From positions 39,820 to 63,819 of the forward strand of contig JACQYF010000002.1 of the NCBI GenBank assembly GCA_016208315.1: a stretch of 24,000 nucleotides of DNA, given 5' to 3'. Positions 14,896 to 20,621 of the stretch are shown here, piece after piece. How positions within the stretch are numbered: position 1 is the first letter of the stretch; each line of letters begins with the position of its first letter. The notes under the pieces are model-generated. The model made no database searches. It was not told where the DNA came from and worked only from the letters and a program-made list of their open reading frames with translations. Origin of the DNA: Chloroflexota bacterium. Its GTDB lineage: Bacteria; Chloroflexota; Anaerolineae; UBA4142. Both the position numbers and the translations under genes were made by a program.

Positions 14896-16647
14896 CTATT
14901 TCCGCCCGAACTCGCGTTCGAGTTGCGCGACGTTCAATTGGATGACGGTCGGGCGGCCGTGCGGGCAAGTACGCGGCGCAGTCGTCTGCTCCAAGCGACG
15001 GACCAACTCGCGCATCTCTTCGAGCGCCAAGACCTGGCCGCCTTTTACCGCGATGCTTTTGCACACGCTCGAAATCAGGCGCGCCTCTGACGTCTTTTCC
15101 AACGGCGCTTCTCCCTGCTCGATCTCATCCAGAATCGCGATGAGCGTTACACTCGGTTCGCCCCTTTTCAGCAGACCGGGCACCGCGCGCAGCAACATCG
15201 TTTGATTGCCGAACGGCTCGATCTTGAAGCCGACCGACGCCAGGGCCTCGCGATTGGCTTGCAGCATGGCGAATTGCGCCAGCGTAAGTTGGATCGGCGC
15301 GGGATCGAGCAGCTCTTGAATCGCAACCTGCGCGCCGGCGCGCTCCGCGGTCAGTTGCTCGTACAAGACGCGCTCGTGCGCGGCGTGTTGGTCAATGAGA
15401 TACAACCCATCGGGCCCTTCGGCGATGATGTAGGTGGAGGCGATTTGGCCGAGGACGCGGAGCATGGGGAGTTTGGGAGGTTGGGAGTATGGGAGTTGGG
15501 AGGTTGGAGGTTGGAAGTTGGAAGTTGGAATGGGGTGGTGGAGGTTGATGGCGAGTTGTGTTTCGCTTGGCGTGGGCGGGAAATCTTGGCGCGGGAAAGG
15601 CGCGCCGACGGTGATGGACGGAATCGGCGCGTTGGCGGTGAGCGCCGCGCGGACCGCGCGCTGCACGGCGTTGAATACCATGCTGGTGTCGCGAAAGCGG
15701 ACCTCGCTCTTTGTCGGATGAACGTTGACATCCACCATATCCGGCGGCACAATCACATCCAACGCGACAATCGGCGCGCGCCCCACCATCAGCGACGTGT
15801 GGTATGCTTCGATGACCGCGTGTTGGAGCGTGCGATCCTGAATCCAGCGATGGTTGACAAAAAAGAGCATGTACTTGCGGTTGCCGCGGTTGACGTTGGG
15901 AGGGGAGACAAAGCCGGTGACTTGGAGGTTAGAAGGTGGAAGTTGGAGGTTGGAATCACTATCCGATTTCCAATTTCCAACTTCCAACATCTGTTTGGCC
16001 GTTTCAATCCCAAACACCTTCACGAGCACGTCGAACATCTTGCCCGTGCCCGGCGATTGGAACGTGAGGCGGTCTTCGTTGACGAGGGAAAAACGCAGGT
16101 GCGGATATGCGAGGGCGTAGGCATTGAGCAGGTCGCCAATATGTCCGGCTTCGGTCGCGGGCATTTTCAGAAATTTGAGGCGCGCGGGGACGTGCCGGAA
16201 CAAATCCTCGACGGTGATGATTGTGCCCGCGGGCGCGCCTTGCGCGTGGTGCTCGGTGATCTTGCTGCCGTCCACCCGAATCTCGGAACCCGATTCTTCG
16301 TCGCGGTCGCGCGTAATCAGCGTGACGCGCGCAACCGCGGCAATCGAGGGCAGCGCCTCGCCGCGAAAGCCGAGCGTCTGGAGCCGAAACAAATCGTCGG
16401 CGGATTCGAGCTTGCTCGTCGCGTGGCGCGCGAACGCGGTCTCGACTTCGGCGGCGGGAATGCCGCAGCCGTTGTCCGCCACGCGGATGAGGCGCTGCCC
16501 GCCGCCGCGCACCTCCACTTTGATCTCAGTCGCGCCCGCGTCAATCGAGTTCTCGATCAGTTCCTTGACGACCGACGCCGGCCGCTCGATCACTTCGCCC
16601 GCGGCGATCTTGGCGGCCAGGTCGTCTGACAGAATATGGATTGCCAT
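14896..16647 (-). CDS. mutL: DNA mismatch repair protein MutL, carrying two internal periodic-repeat segments
   Basis: GHKL ATPase motifs (AAGEVIERPASVVKELIENSIDAGAT, DNGCGI, TLGFRGEALPSI), the transducer region (FVNHRWIQDR) and the C-terminal dimerisation/endonuclease region (LIDQHAAHERVLYE, CPHGRPT) are present. Start ATG at 16647 (MAIHILSDD). The 18 upstream codons of the ORF track come from repeat element C1. Confidence 0.93.
   Translation of the reverse strand: MAIHILSDDLAAKIAAGEVIERPASVVKELIENSIDAGATEIKVEVRGGGQRLIRVADNGCGIPAAEVETAFARHATSKLESADDLFRLQTLGFRGEALPSIAAVARVTLITRDRDEESGSEIRVDGSKITEHHAQGAPAGTIITVEDLFRHVPARLKFLKMPATEAGHIGDLLNAYALAYPHLRFSLVNEDRLTFQSPGTGKMFDVLVKVFGIETAKQMLEVGNWKSDSDSNLQLPPSNLQVTGFVSPPNVNRGNRKYMLFFVNHRWIQDRTLQHAVIEAYHTSLMVGRAPIVALDVIVPPDMVDVNVHPTKSEVRFRDTSMVFNAVQRAVRAALTANAPIPSITVGAPFPRQDFPPTPSETQLAINLHHPIPTSNFQPPTSQLPYSQPPKLPMLRVLGQIASTYIIAEGPDGLYLIDQHAAHERVLYEQLTAERAGAQVAIQELLDPAPIQLTLAQFAMLQANREALASVGFKIEPFGNQTMLLRAVPGLLKRGEPSVTLIAILDEIEQGEAPLEKTSEARLISSVCKSIAVKGGQVLALEEMRELVRRLEQTTAPRTCPHGRPTVIQLNVAQLEREFGRK
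15466..15548. repeat. One-armed heptamer array GTTGGAR/GGGAGTT (family D, copy 1) inside the mutL linker; G-rich on the + strand
   Basis: The + strand reads GGGGAGTTTGGGAGGTTGGGAGTATGGGAGTTGGGAGGTTGGAGGTTGGAAGTTGGAAGTTGGAATGG... It contains exact tandem copies GGTTGGA x2 and AGTTGGA x2 (15502-15529). It also contains the family-A unit GGGAGTAT. mutL translates it as INLHHPIPTSNFQPPTSQLPYSQPPKLP. Confidence 0.85.
15922..15992. repeat. Heptamer hairpin (family D, copy 2) inside the mutL N-terminal domain
   Basis: Left arm TTGGAGG TTAGAAG GTGGAAG TTGGAGG TTGGAA, 12-nt loop (15956-15967), right arm TTCCAAT TTCCAAC TTCCAAC. Positions 15931-15955 pair with 15968-15992 (21 Watson-Crick, 2 G-T, 2 mismatches). 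mutL reads it in frame as EVGNWKSDSDSNLQLPPSNLQ. Confidence 0.88.
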
Positions 16648-16654
16648 CACTGCT

Positions 16655-16663
16655 ATTGTATCA
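16655..16663 (-). promoter_or_regulatory. Possible extended -10 promoter giving a leaderless mutL mRNA
   Basis: The minus strand reads TGATACAAT (16663-16655), then 7 nt, then the mutL ATG (16647). There is no SD upstream of the ATG. The -35 position falls inside repeat element C1. Confidence 0.3.
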
Positions 16664-16664
16664 T

Positions 16665-16782
16665 AAAATTCAAAATTCGTAATTCGTAATTCGTAATTCA
16701 AACCTCTTGGCCTGGGATAGGAATTACGAATTACGAATTACGAATTACGAATTACGAATTACGAATTACGAATTTTGATTTT
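16665..16782. repeat. Large asymmetric heptamer hairpin, unit GTAATTC / GAATTAC (family C, copy 1)
   Basis: Left arm AAAATTC x2 plus GTAATTC x3 (16665-16699), 21-nt loop, right arm GAATTAC x7 plus GAATTTT GATTTT (16721-16782). That is 5 units against 9. It occupies most of the divergent mutL/dehydratase intergenic region. Confidence 0.92.
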
Positions 16783-16800
16783 GCTTTGACATCGTATAGA

Positions 16801-17784
16801 ATGCGTTCGATGATTACGATCCGGGAGATTCTCGAGGCGCAGCGACGGATTCGCCCGCACGTTTTTCGCACGCCGCTGCGCTATTCGTTTTTGCTGAGCG
16901 AACGTATTGGCGCGTCGGTCTTTTTAAAGCTGGAGAACTGGCAGGTGACCGGCTCGTTCAAGCCGCGCGGCGCGCTCAATATGATGGCAATGTTGGACGA
17001 TGCGGAACGCGCGCGCGGCGTGGTGACCGCCAGCGCGGGCAATCACGCGCTCGGCGTCGGCTATGCAGCGCGGCTTCTCAACATCTCGCCGGCGACGATC
17101 TTTGTGCCGCGCACTGCGCCGCGCGCCAAACTGGACAAGCTGCGCGAATTCCCGGTTGACGTGCGAACGGTCGGCGAAACCTACGACGACGCCCATCACG
17201 CGGCCGAAGCGCACCGGCGCGCGACCGGCGCGACGTTCGTGAACGCGTACGACGACCCGCGCACCGTCGCGGGGCAGGCGACGATTGGCTTGGAGATTCT
17301 GGAGGATTTGCCGGACGTGGACGCGATCCTCGTTCCGGTCGGCGGGGGCGGGATGATTGCCGGGATTGCGATTGCGGCCAAAGCGCTCGCGCCCGCGGTC
17401 AAGATCATCGCCGTGCAGCCCGTGGCCTCGCCCGCACTGCGCGATTCCTTGCGCGACGGCAAGTGCTACGAGGAGTATCCCGCTGCGCCGACCATCTGCG
17501 ACGGGCTGGCAGGCGGCATCGGCAAAATCTGTTTCGAGGTCGCGCAAAGGTTGGTGGACGATGTCGTGGTCGTCGAAGAAGACGAAACCAAAACGGCAAT
17601 TCGCGCGCTCGCCGAAACTGAGCAGTTGATCGCGGAGGGGTCGGGCGCGGTAGGCGTTGCGGCGCTGCTTTCGCAGAAGGCGGATTTGGCGGGCAAACTC
17701 GTGGCGGTCGTGCTCAGCGGCGGCAACATTGATCTGGCGCTGCTCGCGCAAATCCTAAATCAGAAATCAGAAATCCTAAATTGA
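16801..17784 (+). CDS. PLP-dependent threonine/serine dehydratase (threonine ammonia-lyase-like, no ACT domain)
   Basis: FLKLENWQVTGSFKPRGALN contains the PLP lysine motif, with ASAGNHALGVGYAA and a GGGGMIAG glycine loop. The start is ambiguous among ATG 16801, ATG 16810 and the TTG 16786 of the ORF track. The last 11 codons and the stop lie in a heptamer array. Confidence 0.85.
   Translation: MRSMITIREILEAQRRIRPHVFRTPLRYSFLLSERIGASVFLKLENWQVTGSFKPRGALNMMAMLDDAERARGVVTASAGNHALGVGYAARLLNISPATIFVPRTAPRAKLDKLREFPVDVRTVGETYDDAHHAAEAHRRATGATFVNAYDDPRTVAGQATIGLEILEDLPDVDAILVPVGGGGMIAGIAIAAKALAPAVKIIAVQPVASPALRDSLRDGKCYEEYPAAPTICDGLAGGIGKICFEVAQRLVDDVVVVEEDETKTAIRALAETEQLIAEGSGAVGVAALLSQKADLAGKLVAVVLSGGNIDLALLAQILNQKSEILN
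17750..17784. repeat. One-armed heptamer array AAATCCT AAATCAG AAATCAG AAATCCT AAATTGA (family H)
   Basis: Five direct 7-nt units with no complementary arm nearby. They encode QILNQKSEILN plus the TGA of the dehydratase. They also contain the overlapping TTG (17781) used as the eamA-family start. Confidence 0.8.
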
Positions 17785-18689
17785 GCACGCGCCCCTATCT
17801 CGTTCTCGCCCTCGGCATCGTCGCCGTCTCGTCGTCCGCGTTCCTGATCACGTTTGCGCGTCAGGAGGGCGTACCTGCCGTCGCGATTGCCGCGCTCCGG
17901 CTTTCGTTCGCCTCCCTCGTCCTCGCGCCGATCGCCGTCACGCGCGCGCGGGACGAATGGCGGCGGCTTGCGCCGCGCGACCTGGCGTTGGCGATTGCTT
18001 CGGGTTTTCTGCTCGCGCTTCATTTCGCCTTTTGGATCAGCTCGCTCGACTATACTTCTGTGATGAGTTCGATCGTCCTGGTCAGCACGAACCCATTTTT
18101 CGTCGCGCTAGCGTCGGTCTGGCTCCTGCGCGAGTCGTTACATCGCGGAACGGTCGTCGGGATTCTCATTGCAGTCGCCGGGGGCGCGCTGGTCGCGTTG
18201 ACGGATTTGGGCCAGGGCGGGACCGAGTCCCTGCAAGGCGATGCGCTGGCGGTCGCGGGCGCGGTGACCGTGTCCGGGTATTTGGTCATCGGACGCGTCT
18301 TGCGAAGGAAACTGTCGCTCGTCGGCTACATCGGCTTGGTCTATTCGACCGCGGCGATCGTGTTGCTCGTGTTGGCGTGGGTGATGAACGCGCGGCTCAC
18401 CGGTTATTCGACCAAGAGCTATGCGCTGATCGTCCTCCTCGCCGCAGGCCCCCAATTAATCGGCCATTCGGCGTATAATTGGGCGCTGAAATATGTCTCG
18501 GCCACCTTCGTCACGATCACGGTGCTCGCCGAACCGATTGGCGCGACGCTGCTCGCGATTCCCATTCTCGCTCAGGTGCCTCCGCCGATCAAACTCATCG
18601 GCGGCGCGCTGATTCTGGTGGGGATTTACTTTGCGGCGCGACAGGAAGCGGTAAGCAGTGAACAGTCAACAGTCAACAGTGGACAGTGA
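17781..18689 (+). CDS. EamA/DMT-family transporter
   Basis: A protein of about 10 predicted hydrophobic helices with two EamA-like halves (LALGIVAVSSSAFLI..., ...LAAGPQLIGHSAYNWALKYVSATFVTI). TTG at 17781 is the only start candidate and overlaps the upstream TGA (TTGA). The C-terminal SSEQSTVNSGQ plus stop is encoded by repeat element G. Confidence 0.8.
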   Translation: MSTRPYLVLALGIVAVSSSAFLITFARQEGVPAVAIAALRLSFASLVLAPIAVTRARDEWRRLAPRDLALAIASGFLLALHFAFWISSLDYTSVMSSIVLVSTNPFFVALASVWLLRESLHRGTVVGILIAVAGGALVALTDLGQGGTESLQGDALAVAGAVTVSGYLVIGRVLRRKLSLVGYIGLVYSTAAIVLLVLAWVMNARLTGYSTKSYALIVLLAAGPQLIGHSAYNWALKYVSATFVTITVLAEPIGATLLAIPILAQVPPPIKLIGGALILVGIYFAARQEAVSSEQSTVNSGQ

Positions 18690-18758
18690 ACAGTGAACAG
18701 TTAACGGCGAATACGGACCAGCGAATACTGTTTACTGTACACTGTTGACTGTTGACTG
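18656..18758. repeat. Asymmetric heptamer hairpin, unit CAGTSAA / CTGTTGA (family G)
   Basis: Left arm CAGTGAA CAGTCAA CAGTCAA CAGTGGA CAGTGAA CAGTGAA CAGTTAA (18656-18704). The spacer carries GCGAATA twice. Right arm CTGTTTA CTGTACA CTGTTGA CTGTTGA CTG (18728-18758). That is 7 units against 4. Best register is 18663-18694 with 18727-18758 (2 non-Watson-Crick positions). Confidence 0.9.
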
Positions 18759-19409
18759 ATGAGTACCATGCTCAAATATCTTCTCTTCGATCTAGACGAT
18801 ACGCTCTACTCGACGTCCGCGGGGCTGATGGAGGAAATCAGCGTGCGGATGAACGAGTACATGATGACGCGCGTCGGCGTGCCCGAGAGCGAGGTCGCGG
18901 AACTGCGGCAGTTCTATTGGCGCAAATACGGCACGACGCTGCGCGGTTTGTATATCGAACGGCAGATTGACGCGCAAGAGTTTTTGGAATTCGTTCACGA
19001 CATTGAGATCGCCAAGTACATTGCAACCGACCCGCGGCTCGACGCGATGCTGACGCAGCTCGCGCGGCACAAGTTCATATTCACCAACGCGCCGGCGAGT
19101 CACGCGCGCCGCGTCCTCGCCGCGCTCGGCATCGCCAAACATTTCGAGCGGATATTCGACATCAACTTTATCGCCTACGAGAGCAAGCCGACGCCGTCGG
19201 GCTATGCCAAAGTGTTGTCGGCTTTGGGCGCGCGCGGCGACGAATGCCTGATGATTGACGATACCGCGCGCAACCTCGTCCCCGCGAAAGCATTGGGCAT
19301 GCGCACGGTCTGGCTGGACGGCAACCATGATCCCCGCACGGCGGAAGGGTGCGAGAGCGCCGACGCGGTGATTCATACGATTTACGAGGTGGAGAAAATG
19401 TTCCATTGA
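18759..19409 (+). CDS. HAD-superfamily hydrolase, pyrimidine 5'-nucleotidase (SDT1-like) type
   Basis: HAD motif I LLFDLDDTLY is present, with FTNA and a distal IDD motif. The ATG at 18759 immediately follows repeat element G; ATG 18768 is an alternative. Confidence 0.82.
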   Translation: MSTMLKYLLFDLDDTLYSTSAGLMEEISVRMNEYMMTRVGVPESEVAELRQFYWRKYGTTLRGLYIERQIDAQEFLEFVHDIEIAKYIATDPRLDAMLTQLARHKFIFTNAPASHARRVLAALGIAKHFERIFDINFIAYESKPTPSGYAKVLSALGARGDECLMIDDTARNLVPAKALGMRTVWLDGNHDPRTAEGCESADAVIHTIYEVEKMFH

Positions 19410-19496
19410 CCTTCTAAACTAATCGAACGTCTCCGCGCCCAACGCGGCGCGGCGCTGTTTCTGTTCGCGCTCTACGGCGTCGAGTTACTCGACGAA

Positions 19497-20621
19497 TTGA
19501 TCTATGGTCTGCAGGGCGCGGTGCTGCCGCAGTTGAGAGATGACCTCGCTCTGAGCTATACGGAGGTCGGCTTACTGTTTACCGTGCCGGGACTGATCGG
19601 AATCGTCGGCGAGCCGTTCATCGGTCTCCTGGCCGACACGCGCCACCGCCGCGCGCTGGTCGTAGGCGGCATCACGGCGACTGCGTTCGGGCTGCTGCTC
19701 ACGGGCATCGGGCAATCGTTAGCGGTCATGCTGGTCGCGTTCAGCGTCTTGTACGTCGCGAGCGGCGCATACGTAACGCTCGCCCAAGCCACGCTGATTG
19801 ATCGCAACCCGACGCGGGCCGAACAGACGATGGCGCGTTGGACGCTGTTGGGCAGCATCGGCGTGACCGTCGCGCCGCTAGTCGTCACCGCGTTGTTTTT
19901 CTTGGGCTATGGCTGGCGCGGTTTGTATTTGGGTCTGGCGGGCGTCGCCGGAATTTACACCGCGCTATTGCTGCGCCAGCGTTTCGACGCGCACGCCGGC
20001 GCGGACAAACATATCGCCCCGCGCGAAATGTTCGCGAACCTGATCGCCGCGCTGAAAACGCGCGAGCTGCTGCGCTGGGTTGCGCTTACGGAACTTGCCG
20101 ACCTGATGCTCGACAAGTTGCTCGAAGTGACCGGGCTGTACTTTGCCGACGTGGTCGGCGTCGGCGTGGCCGCGGCCAGCGGCGCGATTGCGGTCCTGAC
20201 GATTGCCGGCCTTGTCGGCGATGCGCTGCTCGTGCCCGCGCTCGAACGCGTCAGTGGGCTGCGAATCCTGCGCGTGACCGCAGTGGTCGTGCTCGTCGGC
20301 TATGTCGCATTCTTGCTCGTGCCGGTCGTCTGGCTCAAGTTCGCTTTGATCGGCGCGATCGGCTTTTGTACGGCGGGGTGGTACGCCGTCCTGGCCGGCA
20401 GAACGTACGCGGTGTTGCCGAAGCAATCAGGTCTGATCGTGTCGGTTTCGGCGTTGGGCAACGTCTCGAGCGTCCTTGTGCCCTTCGTCATTGGTCGAAT
20501 TGCGGACACGTTTGGATTAGAGTGGGCGATGTGGCTGCTGGCGCTCGGACCAGTCGCGCTGATCGTCGGATTGCCGCGGGAAGGGAATGCGGAAAGGTGC
20601 GAAAACATCTCACCGTTCTAA
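19497..20621 (+). CDS. MFS transporter; the true start is probably upstream of the listed TTG
   Basis: The MFS loop motif GLLADTRHRR follows TM2, and multiple hydrophobic helices are present. The hydrophobic segment expected to be TM1 (AALFLFALYGVELLDELIYG) is encoded in frame at 19446-19505, upstream of the TTG at 19497. No ATG, GTG or TTG occurs between 19410 and 19496. Confidence 0.75.
   Translation: MIYGLQGAVLPQLRDDLALSYTEVGLLFTVPGLIGIVGEPFIGLLADTRHRRALVVGGITATAFGLLLTGIGQSLAVMLVAFSVLYVASGAYVTLAQATLIDRNPTRAEQTMARWTLLGSIGVTVAPLVVTALFFLGYGWRGLYLGLAGVAGIYTALLLRQRFDAHAGADKHIAPREMFANLIAALKTRELLRWVALTELADLMLDKLLEVTGLYFADVVGVGVAAASGAIAVLTIAGLVGDALLVPALERVSGLRILRVTAVVVLVGYVAFLLVPVVWLKFALIGAIGFCTAGWYAVLAGRTYAVLPKQSGLIVSVSALGNVSSVLVPFVIGRIADTFGLEWAMWLLALGPVALIVGLPREGNAERCENISPF

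Noticed and set aside
15202-16629. 475-aa ORF antisense to mutL
   Set aside because: mutL motifs are unambiguous on the minus strand, so this is an antisense open frame caused by high GC.
16648-16701. N-terminal extension of mutL (MNYELRITNFEFYDTIAV)
   Set aside because: It is translated from the left arm of repeat element C1. Conserved MutL sequence begins at MAIHILSDD (16647).
16665-16782. Possibility that the repeat arrays (this one and the others) are CRISPR arrays
   Set aside because: Units are 7-8 nt and directly abutting with no spacers. The arrays are paired with inverted copies, and no cas genes are present.
19838-20596. The first 253 codons of the 1035-aa ORF (MDAVGQHRRDRRAASRH...)
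   Set aside because: It overlaps the MFS transporter gene in another frame and is extremely Arg-rich. Plausible protein sequence begins only at about 20597.
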